In this document: positions 51,859 to 64,000 of the stretch, in pieces
How the letters are laid out: the number at the start of each line of letters is the position of its first letter
Position numbering within the stretch: the first letter of the stretch is position 1
Assembly (NCBI GenBank): GCA_051530055.1
Contig: CM121343.1
Span: 776,389-840,388 of the forward strand
Length of the DNA: 64,000 nucleotides
Direction: 5' to 3'
Source of the DNA: Neoechinorhynchus agilis
Taxonomy: Eukaryota; Animalia; Acanthocephala
The notes under the pieces: generated by a model
What the model saw: only the letters and a program-made list of their open reading frames with translations
The model's database searches: none
What the model was told of the DNA's origin: nothing
Made by a program: the position numbers and the translations under genes

Positions 51859-52786
51859 TAAACAATGAATCATCTTTTCAATATAATTTATATCTTCCAC
51901 TATTAAAATACCAATCGTTATTATCAATTGTCTATCCAAAAACCATAATCCAAAAAAATCAAAGAGTACTATTTTTGGCAATTTTTGAAAATACATACGA
52001 ATAATAAATGGTCTTTAAGTTCATGCCATTGTAAAACATAGGCCAATCATTTGTTGGTTATGACGATTAAGTCATGGATTAAAAGGATTATGCTTTAGAA
52101 AGCTATTTACCCGATTCATTTTGAAGTTTTAGAGTATAGGTAATTATTTAAAAATTCCGATGGGAACAAGGGAACATCTTTAACCTCAGGATAAAAGTAG
52201 CACACGTTGTTTTTCTAATTCTCATCCTTTAAATTGTTGATATGATTTTAGCAATAAAATGGTAAGGTTTGCCTTTGATCACTTAAGAAAAATCTTGATT
52301 ATCGACAAGTCCGGTTTTCATATTATCGTTACGACACCGTCGTATGGAGAATTAAAGCGCTTAATGAGTTCTATACACGATCCAGTTTGTTGTGGACACT
52401 AACGAATACGTTAATTGTTCTATTTGTGGACATATTTTCTTTGATAAACGTCGTTTTATAGAAAGTATTCAGAAACCCCACGAACGATGTAAACTTAATC
52501 CTATACGAAATATCGCAGAAGGGAGGAAACTCACTGATGAGTCTGAGTCCAAATCATTTTTCATGTAAATAAGGGTTTGAGTAGCCTCAAATATATACTT
52601 AAAGATGATGTCCACAACAATCAATAGAAGGTTTAGGCTGCTTATTATTGAAAGTTAAAGTGCTTGAATTGCAGACATGGCATAGATCCCAAATTAAAAG
52701 TAAGAAGATAGAGTATTAGTACAGTTTTTCAAAATAATATCCAGTCTGGGGGGGGGTTCATATATTTTGTGGTTCGTTTAGTTGGT

Positions 52787-54244
52787 TCAGCACATTATAC
52801 TGCACCAAATCTGACCGTCTTCTATCACAGAAATCCAAGTGAGAACACCATTGATACCACTCGCTTTCACCGCATTTCCATTTACTCTTGTTTTTGGTCC
52901 TGAAGTATGCTTGAGTGAGGCATTAACAGCCTCAAGCACCTCTATATTATGAACAGAGATTTTTGTTCGATTGGCCTTGTTAGTTTCATCTACACTGCTT
53001 ATGTGTATTGAATCTTTATCCCAAGTCAGAAGAGTTTGACAATCATCATCAAGTAATCTACTTTCTCTGCGCTCAAATGTGATATCACTTTGACTGGTAA
53101 GATCACTCTTAACGGTTCCGGACGATAGATGGCTGCAACTGTCAACCAATTGCCATCCAAATCTAATTGAATATAATGCCATGCAGCAGCGCGATATACC
53201 TGCACTGTCTGTAACATCGTTCCAAACGGGTGTACCACTCAGTGGTGAATGATGTTTTCCTCGGCACTCGAACTTTACCCTGGATCGTTTGCAAATAAAA
53301 GACCATGTATCGGATGATTGTTCGTAAAGTTTTCCATTTGCTACAATCATAAGAGAATTGCAACAGGTCAAACCGAAGTCAATTATAGGCGACACCGAAG
53401 GTGAATAATCATGGGATACGACGGCAACTCTGAGTCCTCCATGAGTAAAAAGAAAGATCTCTGTCTTCTCCTCATCCGTAAATCCTTTAGAAGTCAATGT
53501 CCTGCAAACTGTCTCAAATGCGAGAAGCATTGTTCCAACTCGCATTCTTAAAACATTACCGATTCCGCAATTGAAACGGTCGTGGATAATGAGTTCACAC
53601 TTTGGACTGTAGCTCGTTAACAAACATCCAACTCTGGCTTCAAAACATATTACATTTCCCAAACTCGAACACACGTAAAAAATGTTAAAACGAGACGTTG
53701 GTACAGGCTCGAGACCTACAATCCGGTCACCTGCAGTCAACGCTCCCAAAAAGTAAATATACGAATACGGCGCTTGTTGCACAACCTTTCCATAAGATTC
53801 ACAGCTCCATGATCCACAATATGGAACGGCTCCTGGACTCTGGTGAGTGTTATATACACAAGGAATGTACAGAGTTTTTCGCCTAGTCCACTGATCAATT
53901 TCACCGATTTCCGCTTCAGTCAATGCAAGATGAGGAGCAGCGCATTCATCAAACTTATTACAGACAAGCGGGTCTTTATCACTTGGCCATTTCCTCGGCC
54001 GATCCACATCGAAGTTCTGATGTTCTAAAGGCGTTACAGACTTCAAGGCATCGCAAACATTTGAATCTGGAGCAGATGAATCACCTGACTTTTCCCTCGG
54101 AAGGGAATCGATTGGAGTGGACGTCCTTTCATTCACTTCATTGTCGGAGCCATAGGCAGTTAATAAAGATGATCCCGATAACGCGGAATCATATAAAACA
54201 GTCCAAGTCAATCCGACATCAGGAGCAGTTACAATCTGAGCCAT
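52787..54244 (-). CDS. Hypothetical intronless ~485 aa protein, Cys- and beta-rich, possibly a divergent beta-propeller
   Basis: 1.46 kb stop-free ORF from ATG 54244 (MAQIVTAPD); no family recognised. Confidence 0.7.
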   Translation of the reverse strand: MAQIVTAPDVGLTWTVLYDSALSGSSLLTAYGSDNEVNERTSTPIDSLPREKSGDSSAPDSNVCDALKSVTPLEHQNFDVDRPRKWPSDKDPLVCNKFDECAAPHLALTEAEIGEIDQWTRRKTLYIPCVYNTHQSPGAVPYCGSWSCESYGKVVQQAPYSYIYFLGALTAGDRIVGLEPVPTSRFNIFYVCSSLGNVICFEARVGCLLTSYSPKCELIIHDRFNCGIGNVLRMRVGTMLLAFETVCRTLTSKGFTDEEKTEIFLFTHGGLRVAVVSHDYSPSVSPIIDFGLTCCNSLMIVANGKLYEQSSDTWSFICKRSRVKFECRGKHHSPLSGTPVWNDVTDSAGISRCCMALYSIRFGWQLVDSCSHLSSGTVKSDLTSQSDITFERRESRLLDDDCQTLLTWDKDSIHISSVDETNKANRTKISVHNIEVLEAVNASLKHTSGPKTRVNGNAVKASGINGVLTWISVIEDGQIWCSIMC

Positions 54245-54889
54245 AGCAATGATTACTTTTATGAAAAAACACTTGTTCGAAATACACTTTACCAGTTCAC
54301 TATGGGCGCCACAACTATTATTTCGGTGTACATGCGTAGCGTGGAGCGTAATCATGACAAATCAATAGACATCGATTTCTTCATATCAATATTGCATAAA
54401 AACTATTTGAGTTTTAAGTTTTCCGAAACTACCGAATCAGATTCGCTAAGCTCTGGAAAACAATTCATTACTAATGCGCATTTAGACGCGATTTCGAGAA
54501 ACAAAATCGATATGCCGAAATGGAAAAATTGGATAATTACGATTTCATTAGCTCTTTTATTTGTCCATGTAAGATTCCCTTTAGTTTTCAAGACTGAGTC
54601 GGATACATTTCACATATTAAGAAACGAAATATACATGATTGCATTGCCAACGATCCTTGTCTCCCCCAGAAATGGAATACTAAAGCATTACGCCTGCACA
54701 CTATTAAATATATTAGATCCTGATCACAAATGATCATAACTAGTTATTGTTTCGAGATCATTCTCGAATATTGCATATCTTATAATGGGTTTTTTGTGTC
54801 AAATAACTTCTTATCCTTTTCGACTTTGTATAATTCTTACAAATGTCGGATGACCGCATTTAATAATAGCACGTTTATTTGTTAATCCA

Positions 54890-55445
54890 AAAAGAATAAG
54901 ACCCATGTACTTTTGGGTCGATCGGGTTCGAATTGGTGGAGGAGAAATTGTGAGGTTGGGTCTTGCCTCCGGTTCATTTCGGTTTATGATATCCGAGAAG
55001 ATTGAACTGTAAGGTGAGAAGTATAAGAGGATGAAAAGAATTGGGATTGCGAGGGTTGTGCTCGTGTGAAAAGTGGTAAAAATTGTAGTTCTAGGGTTAA
55101 AAGGCGTCTTGATGGTTTTTTTAAAATTTTATATAAACATTTGGTGAACAGGGAAAATCAATTGTGACAATTTTTAAAGCTCTTCTATAAAACGTTGAAA
55201 CTGGACGAATTTGGGACGGTGAAAGGTTGCAAAAATAAAGCTGTGATAAAATTTGGAGAGATCGGGCGAAAGGACGCCTAAATGGTAGAAGGGAATAACA
55301 GATCGGTATAAATGCAAGCTGAAAAAATATATGGGACAAGGTCCAAAAGCTCCAATATGAATACATTGCTTTGTGCTTACGATGCTGAAACTTCTAGTTG
55401 AATTTTTGGAAGATGGTACACCAAAATTTATATCAAGTTTTTCTA
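54890..55445 (-). mobile_element. 3'-terminal fragment of the APE-RT LINE family
   Basis: Translates YSYWSFW..FYRRALKIV (RT C-terminal tail); DNA blocks shared with 10985-11440 and 3700-3735. Confidence 0.6.
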
Positions 55446-58400
55446 CCCGCTTTTTAAGATTTGAACGCTTTTTAATCTAGACTCAGAATCTCACGGTTCT
55501 TCGTTGCACCAAAGAATAAATACTAATTTACCTTTTAAATATATTAAGCCTATATTTTCAATATAAAACGAATGAGCACTAAGATGTGTATCTAATTTGA
55601 CCCCGCTTTTTAAGATTTGAACCTTTTTTTAATCTAGACTAAGAATCTCACGGTTCTTCGTTGTATCAAAGAATAAATACTAATTTGCCTTTTAAATATA
55701 TTAAGCCTATATTTTCAATATAAAACGAATGAGCACTAAGATGTGTATCTAATTTGACCCCGCTTTTTAAGATTTGAACATTTTTTTAATCTAGACTAAG
55801 AATCTCACGGTTCTTCGTTGTATCAAAGAATAAATACTAATTTACCTTTTAAATATATTACGCCTATATTTTCAATATAAAACGAATGAGCACTAAGATG
55901 TGTATCTAATTTGACCCCGCTTTTTAAGATTTGAACCTTTTTTTAATCTAGACTAAGAATCTCACGGTTCTTCGTTGCACCAAAGAATAAATACTAATTT
56001 ACCTTTTAAATATATTAAGCCTATATTTTCAATATAAAACGAATGAGCACTAAGATGTGTATCTAATTTTGACCCGCTTTTAAGATTTGAACATTTTTTA
56101 ATCTAGACTAAGAATCTCACGGTTCTTCGTTGTATCAAAGAATAAATACTAATTCTACCTTTTAAATATATTAAGCCTATATTTTCAATATAAAACGAAT
56201 GAGCATCAGTGATGTATCTAATTTGACCCCGCTTTTTAAGATTTGAACCTTTTTTTAATCTAGACTAAGAATCTCACGGTTCTTCGTTGCATCAAAGAAT
56301 AAATACTAATTTACCTTTTAAATATATTAAGCCTATATTTTCAATATAAAACGAATGAGCACTAAGATGTGTATCTAATTTGACCCCGCTTTTTAAGATT
56401 TGAACCTTTTTTTAATCTAGACTAAGAATCTCACGGTTCTTCGTTGCATCAAAGAATAAATACTAATTTGCCTTTTAAATATATTAAGCCTATATTTTCA
56501 ATATAAAACGAATGAGCACTAAGATGTGTATCTAATTTGACCTCTGCTTTTTTAAGATTTGAACATTTTTTTAATCTAGACTAAATCCCCACGGTTCTTC
56601 GTTGTATCAAAGAATAAATACTAATTCTACCTTTAAATATATTAAGCTTATATTTTCAATATAAAACGAATACACTAAAATGTGTATATAATTTTACCCC
56701 GCTTTTTAAGATTTGAACCTTTTTTTAATCTAGACTAAGAATCTCACGGTTCTTCGTTGCACCAAAGAATAAATACTAATTTACCTTTTAAATATATTAA
56801 GCCTATATTTTCAATATAAAACGAATGAGCACTAAGATGTGTATCTAATTTGACCCCGCTTTTTAAGATTTGAACATTTTTTTAATCTAGACTAAGAATC
56901 TCACGGTTCTTCGTTGTATCAAAGAATAAATACTAATTTACCTTTTAAATATATTAAGCCTATATTTTCAATATAAAACGAATGAGCACTAAGATGTGTA
57001 TCTAATTTGACCCCGCTTTTTAAGATTTGAACCTTTTTTTAATCTAGACTAAGAATCTCACGGTTCTTCGTTGCACCAAAAAATAAATACTAATTTACCT
57101 TTTAAATATATTAAGCCTGTATTTTCAATTCAATACAAAACGAATGAGCACTAAGATGTGTATCTAATTTGACCCCGCTTTTTAAGATTTGAACCTTTTT
57201 TTAATCTAGACTCAGAATCTCACGGTTCTTCGTTGTATCAAAGAATAAATACTAATTTACCTTTTAAATATATTAAGCCTATATTTTCAATATAAAACGA
57301 ATGAGCACTAAGATGTGTATCTAATTTGACCCCGCTTTTTAAGATTTTAACATTTTTTTAATCTAGACTAAGAATCTCACGGTTCTTCGTTGCACCAAAG
57401 AATAAATACTAATTTACCTTTTAAATATATTAAGCCTATATTTTCAATACAAATGAATGAGCATCGGCGATGTGTATCTAATTTGACCCCGCTTTTTAAG
57501 ATTTGAACATTTTTTTAATCTAGACTATGAATCACGGTTCTTCGTTGTATCAAAGAATAAATACTAATTTACCTTTTAAATATATTAAGCCTATATTTTC
57601 AATATAAAACGAATGAGCACTAAGATGTGTGCATCAATTGACCCCGCTTTAAGATTTGAACCTTTAATCTAGACTAAGAATCTCACGGTTCTCTGTTGCA
57701 TCAAAGAATAAATACTAATTTGCCTTTTTAAATATATTAAGCCTATATTTTCAATATAAAACGAATGAGCACTAAGATGTGTATCTAATTTGATTCCGCT
57801 TTTTAAGATTTGAACCTTTTTTAATCTAGACTCAGAATCTCACGGTTCTTCGTTGCACCAAAGAATAAATACTAATTTACCTTTTAAATATATTAAGCCT
57901 GTATTTTCAATTCAATACAAAACGAATGAGCACTAAGATGTGTATCTAATTTGACCCCGCTTTTTAAGATTTGAACCTTTTTTTAATCTAGACTAAGAAT
58001 CTCACGGTTCTTCGTTGCATCAAAGAATAAATACTAATTTGCCTTTTAAATATATTAAGCTCATATTTTCGTCATAAAACGAATGAGTTATCAAGATGTG
58101 TATCTAATTTGAATCCCCGCTTTTTAAGATTTGAACCTTTTTTTAATCTAGACTAAGAATCTCACGGTTCTTCGTTGCACCAAAGAATAAATACTAATTT
58201 ACCTTTTAAATATATTAAGCCTATATTTTCAATATAAAACGAATGAGCACTAAGATGTGTATCTAATTTGACCCCGCTTTTTAAGATTTTAACATTTTTT
58301 TAATTTAGACTCAGAATCTCACGGTTCTTCGTTGCACCAAAGAATAAATACTAATTTGCCTTTTAAATATATTAAGCCTATATTTTCAATATAAAACGAA

Positions 58401-60338
58401 TGAGCACTAAGATGTGTATCTAATTTGACCCCGCTTTTTAAGACTTGAACATTTTTTAATTGTAACGTATAACCACGGTTCTTCGTTGCATCAAAGAATA
58501 AATACTAATTTGCCTTTTAAATATATTAAGCCTATATTTTCAATATAAAACGAATGAGCACTAAGATGTGTATCTAATTTGACCTCCGCTTTTTTTATGA
58601 TTTGAACCTTTTTTTAATCTAGACTAAATCTCACGGTTCTTCGTTGCATCAAAGAATAAATACTAATTTGCCTTTTAAATATATTAAGCCTATATTTTCA
58701 ATATAAAACGAATGAGCACTAAGATGTGTATCTAATTTGACCCCGCTTTTTAAGATTTGAACCTTTTTTTAATCTAGACTCAGAATCTCACGGTTCTTCG
58801 TTGCATCAAAGAATAAATACTAATTTGCCTTTTAAATATATTAAGCCTATATTTTCAATATAAAACGAATGAGCACTAAGATGTGTATCTAATTTGACCC
58901 CGCTTTTTAAGATTTGAACATTTTTTTAATCTAGACTAAGAATCTCACGGTTCTTCGTTATATCAAAGAATAAATACTAATTTGCCTTTTAAATATATTA
59001 AGCCTATATTTTCAATATAAAACGAATGAGCACTAAGATGTGTATCTAATTTGACCCCGCTTTTTAAGATTTGAACCTTTTTTTAATCTAGACTAAGAAT
59101 CTCACGGTTCTTCGTTGCATCAAAGAATAAATACTAATTTACCTTTTAAATATATTAAGCCTATATTTTCAATATAAAACGAATGAGCACTAAGATGTGT
59201 ATCTAATTTGACCCCGCTTTTTAAGATTTGAACCTTTTTTTAATCTAGACTAAGAATCTCACGGTTCTTCGTTGCACCAAAGAATAAATTCTAATTTACC
59301 TTTTAAATATATTAAGCCTATATTTTCAATATAAAACGAATGAGCACTAAGATGTGCATCTAATTTGACCCCGCTTTTTAAGATTTGAACCTTTTTTTAA
59401 TCTAGACTAAGAATCTCACGGTTCTTCGTTGCACCAAAGAATAAATTCTAATTTACCTTTTAAATATATTAAGCCTATATTTTCAATAGAAACAATGAGC
59501 ACTAAGATGTATCTAATTTTGACCCCGCTTTTTAAGATTTGAACCTTTTTTTAATCTAGACTAAGAATCTCACGGTTCTTCGTTGCACCAAAGAATAAAT
59601 TCTAATTTACCTTTTAAATATTGCTTCATATTTTCAATATAAAAACGAATGAGCACTAAGATGTGTATCTAATTTGACCCCGCTTTTTAAGATTTGAACC
59701 TTTTTTTTAATCTAGACTAAGAATCTCACGGTTCTTCGTTAAAACTAAAGAATAAATACTAATTTATCTTTTAAATATATTAAGCCTATATTTTCAATAT
59801 AAAACGAATGAGCACTAAGATGTGTATCTAATTTGACCCCGCTTTTTAAGATTTGAACCTTTTTTTAATCTAGACTAAGAATCTCACGGTTCTTCGTTGC
59901 ACCAAAGAATAAATTCTAATTTACCTTTTAAATATATTAAGCCTATATTTTCAATATAAAACGAATGAGCACTAAGATGTGTATCTAATTTGACCCCGCT
60001 TTTTAAGATTTGAACCTTTTTTTAATCTAGACTAAGAATCTCACGGTTCTTCGTTGTATCAAAGAATAAATACTAATTTACCTTTTAAATATATTAAGCC
60101 TATATTTTCAATATAAAACGAATGAGCACTAAGATGTGTATCTAATTTGACCCCGCTTTTTAAGATTTGAACCTTTTTTTAATCTAGACTAAGAATCTCA
60201 CGGTTCTTCGTTGCGCTAAAGAATAAATACTAATTTACCTTTTAAATATATTAAGCCTATATTTTCAATTCAATATAAAACGAATGAGCACTAAAATGTG
60301 TATATAATTTTACCCCGCTTTATAAGATTTGAACATTT
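55446..60338. repeat. AT-rich satellite, 157 bp unit, ~31 copies
   Basis: Period 157 (59851, 60008, 60165); variants at a few sites (gcacc/gtatc/gcatc, tttac/tttgc). Confidence 0.98.
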
Positions 60339-61009
60339 AGGATCGCTTAAAATTGTTAACTGTGCTTTTACGATATTCTAAAACCACTAGAGACCATTTA
60401 CGGACGTACTTTCCGATGTACTAGTATCCACTCGTCCATTGTTGTTGTTCATGAACTTCGTACAATTTTTGATATGTCTTAGAGGCAAAAATTCCGATCT
60501 CAGAGTTCACTAGCATTTGTACTATCTTAAAATCACTGAGAACAATAGAAACCCGACACTCGAACAACTCTTTGTGTTGAAACACTGATTTGTTTTCGAG
60601 AAGTCCCTTATTTCACACAATAAATAGTCATTATATACTCTTCGATTAATGATATATATAATTGAAAAATAGTGTCCTTGCATAAGCTCACTTGCAAGAT
60701 TTCCAGACCTTTTGAATTGTATTTTCGGCTGTTCTCTTTACGGTCATTTAAAATTTGGACTAGCGTGGAATTGATGGCAAAGTAAGTTCTCGATTTTAAA
60801 TTACAAATTGGCAATCCTTATTATTGATTTTTGCACGGCGATTATTTGGTATTCAACATAAAGACATAGGAATTACCTTATAAATTCAGACGTTAACAAT
60901 TACACTGGGAAAGTATGAATTATAAGAGCCGAATAATGATTTGAAGCCATCCGATCCCTTGCCGCTTGATTTCTGTATAATGACCCTTTTTTTGTTAGAT
61001 AACACGAAT

Positions 61010-61260
61010 TGGATCCATGTACCTTCGGGTCCTTTTTGTAGCATTGTTTTTTTATGAAGATAGGGCAATCGTTATTTTAGCGATAAACAATATTGGATTG
61101 CATCTATGGAATGCGGATTGGGTGAGGTTGGGGGAAGTCCGTTCAGGTTGGAATATTCGGTCGGGGTATGTACGTTCTCGTGGTTATTGTTTGTAGGGCT
61201 CGTGGATCGGTGCCACATCCTCGGTAAAATAATGGATTCGAGCCGGTCCAGCCTTATGTA
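61010..61260 (-). mobile_element. Possible LINE 3'-UTR fragment
   Basis: ccatgtaccttcggg and ccgttcaggttggaatatt resemble 10992-11010 and 11040-11110. Confidence 0.35.
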
Positions 61261-61713
61261 ATGGTGAGATTAGATATTTTCTCCCTCAAACGGGCGTTTA
61301 AAACCCGAATAATTTTTGAACTGGCCGATCTAAATTTTTAGTAAGTACTTTTCACGACTATTTTTAATTGCGTTTTTTATACTGATTTTCGAATGCGTAT
61401 TCGACATTTCGCTCCATTTATGGTCTTCTTATTTTTAATAGTGATCAATTGTGATTACAGCATCGTTAATAATGATGACTGGTCTCGTTGGAGGATTGGA
61501 AATGGTAACACGTCCCTCTAAGGCGGACAGATTAACGGCATCTTGGCCACAGGTGGAAACAATCAAGCTCGAAGCATAATATACGAGGTGATTAATCTTT
61601 TGACAGTCATACTTTTCTTGAACATAAAGTCACACAATAAGGCAATTTATTTAAGCTCTAGTCATTTGGCCTTGTACTTAAACGAAAGTTTTGAATTTAT
61701 GTAGTACAACAAT

Positions 61714-62520
61714 TTATACAGTAGGATACGCTGATGGACTAGTTGTACGGATCCGAGGTTGTTGTTGTTGTTGTTGTTGTTGTAGGCTGTATTGATTTGA
61801 ATATGGGATCAAATGATGCTGATGATGTTGGCGGCGGCGACAAAACTCGTTTTGTTTGCATGGTATGGTTGGATCATAAGTGGAACAAATGAATGGATGC
61901 TGCCCATCAGTACCAATACCATGCCATGAATAAGCTTTGTCCATTAGAGCATGCTGACTTGATTGAAAATCGGTAATCCAATATGATCGGTTCTAAAAAT
62001 CAAGGAATTCACAAACGACTTATAAAAAAAAGAGAGGATACCGAAAATCCATCGTTATTCACAGAATACATTTCAGTTATGTATTGAGGATTATTGATAG
62101 GAGGTATTTGGCAGATCGGTGTCGTCGCCGTCCTTAGATCACATGGAGACATCATATTAGTATTTTCAGGTCGAATAGATAAAAACTTTGGATCGCTATT
62201 CGCTTGCACCACGTTTTCCTTTCGCACGGTTTGCTGTTTGTACTTACTGCACTTTCTGTATTTGGCTCTCCTATTTTGGAACCACACCTTTAATTAGTAG
62301 ATACAAAAAATGATATTTTTTTTGTAATGAACAATACCTGGATAGTAGAAATACTTAAATTACAAAATTTAGCTAAATCCTCCCTAACCGAAATGTCAGG
62401 GTAATGCGTCGCCCGAAAAACTTTTTCAAGTCTTTCCAGTTGCGGGTTTGAGAAAGTAGTTCGATTTCTTCGAGATTTGTCGCATTTTTTCAAACTGCCG
62501 GACAAACTACGTGACGCCAT
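61714..62520 (-). CDS. Paired-like (Q50) homeobox gene, Drgx/Prrxl1-like, 3 exons
   Basis: [46 protein letters not shown]|[12 protein letters not shown]. Introns 62288-62337 (the typical PRD-class position) and 61993-62041; poly-Q C-terminus. Extra 5' exons possible. Confidence 0.9.
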
Positions 62521-64000
62521 AATAATCTATCAATTGAATTAGCTTGTGCAAATATTAGACGATGAAACCTCTTATCGATCGAATAGAAAAACTTGTTGGC
62601 ACTAATATTGACTGCTGAAGTCTTCAATATATCGAAGGCTTCTGGATTTATACACTAAAGACAGAAGAAATCGGAGGATAAGAAATGAGCCAGGACGAAA
62701 TTGTCATTGGAGTGATACCGAAGGGTATACTCTACGATACTGCTTACCTCCAGGGAGACTGTAAGATATACACTTATCTTCTAAACGACGGAACTGTATA
62801 GAAATGAATACAATCCCGTCTGTCAAAGAAGACCTCGATACTCGGTGCCAAATGTTATGCCAACGAAGGTCCCCCCTCCCCATCGGTAACACTCAGAATC
62901 AGCACACGTGCAATTAATTAAGCGCGCAGTATTCTGATTGGCTAAAAGTTGATATGAAGAATAGTTGTTGACCGAATTTTTTTTAGTGCCATTTCGTCAA
63001 CCATGTTGTTAAAAAATATTTTATTATTTGATTTTTAAGTGCTTACAAAATGTATTAATTATTATAAGATATTATGATTTTTTTTCAAACCTTTTTATAT
63101 TTTATTAGAATCGAAATAATCTTAGTAGTCACAAAAAATTATTGTTTTTTCCTGTGTACTCAGATGGCGGCAACCTACATAATGCAAAATATGCCGCCTT
63201 GCAGTTTTTTGGTACTCACATCTTTCATTGTTGATCATAGAGGCAATAGTGCTAGTATACTTGAAACCTGAACTAATTTATCATAGAAATAAATGACAGT
63301 TATTTTACAATTTATAGCTTATGTTAGTTTGAGGATGGTGAATATAAAATAAATACCAATGGCAAATTTGTATCCGTTCGGTGAAGTAAACTTGATCATA
63401 CAGAACACAAAATTATTTCTTCAAGATTAAATGAACATTTTACTCATTGAAATCGCAACTCAAAGAATCAACCAACATATGTTCAAAAGAAATAAATTTG
63501 AATTATAACCCCCCCGATTTAATGAAGACGAAAAAATTAGTAAAAACTTAAGGTGTAGTAAAGATGGAAATTTAGTGAATATTAATAATCAAAGAAGCGC
63601 AGTGATGTTTTTATTATTGGTCTATTACGACTTTATTTTTTAATAAGTTCAGCACTTTTATCTGTGAATCAGATTGTTTAGGTTCAATGCAAATACTTAA
63701 AGAAATTGTTTTTGGTTTTTTCGCAGAAATTCTTTTATAGGGAATTTCCAAGTGTGATCAAGAAATGCGTCATTAGTACTTGCTTGAATCCGATTTCTAG
63801 AAGATTTTATTACGAAGAAAATATTGACTAAAATCCAATCTTTAGCTTTAAGACTTATGATATTTGATTAATAGAAGTTCAAAGAGCAATCAATCGTTCT
63901 TAAAATATTAAATGGATCGATCGAATAGCGATGACATGATGCAATATTTTGCATGTAATTTTTATAAATTCTCCATTGTATAAAAAATGATTGATCGTTG

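Overview
Eukaryotic (animal) genomic DNA, probably a compact-genome spiralian; this is inferred from 40-50 nt GT-AG introns and a protostome-type troponin I, and the species cannot be named from sequence alone. Recognisable genes: partial NDUFC2, troponin I, NUDT21/CFIm25, PARL rhomboid, MPND, BTBD10/KCTD20, a SOGA/MTCL1-family coiled-coil gene and a Q50 paired-like homeobox gene, plus a few unidentified ORFs. Between them lie decayed retroelements of about four types (CRE-like, APE-RT LINE, a probable R2/NeSL-like element, Penelope-like), pogo-like MITEs, five tandem arrays (111, 373, 74, 130/123 and 157 bp units) and a 6.85 kb inverted duplication. The most unusual signal is a set of palindromes whose arms are not homologous between most loci but each hold a head-to-head pair of Penelope-type minimal hammerhead ribozyme cores (CUGAAGA-R-stemII-GAAAUAUU, with a different but still paired stem II per locus). 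These sit at about 25.1, 25.5, 27.8, 28.5-28.9 and 51.7 kb. A GC-rich, GNRA-capped structured RNA candidate lies at about 30.9-31.1 kb. Scattered indels in repeat units suggest long-read consensus errors, so some frameshifts may be artefacts. All homology calls come from motif recognition by eye; no searches were run.
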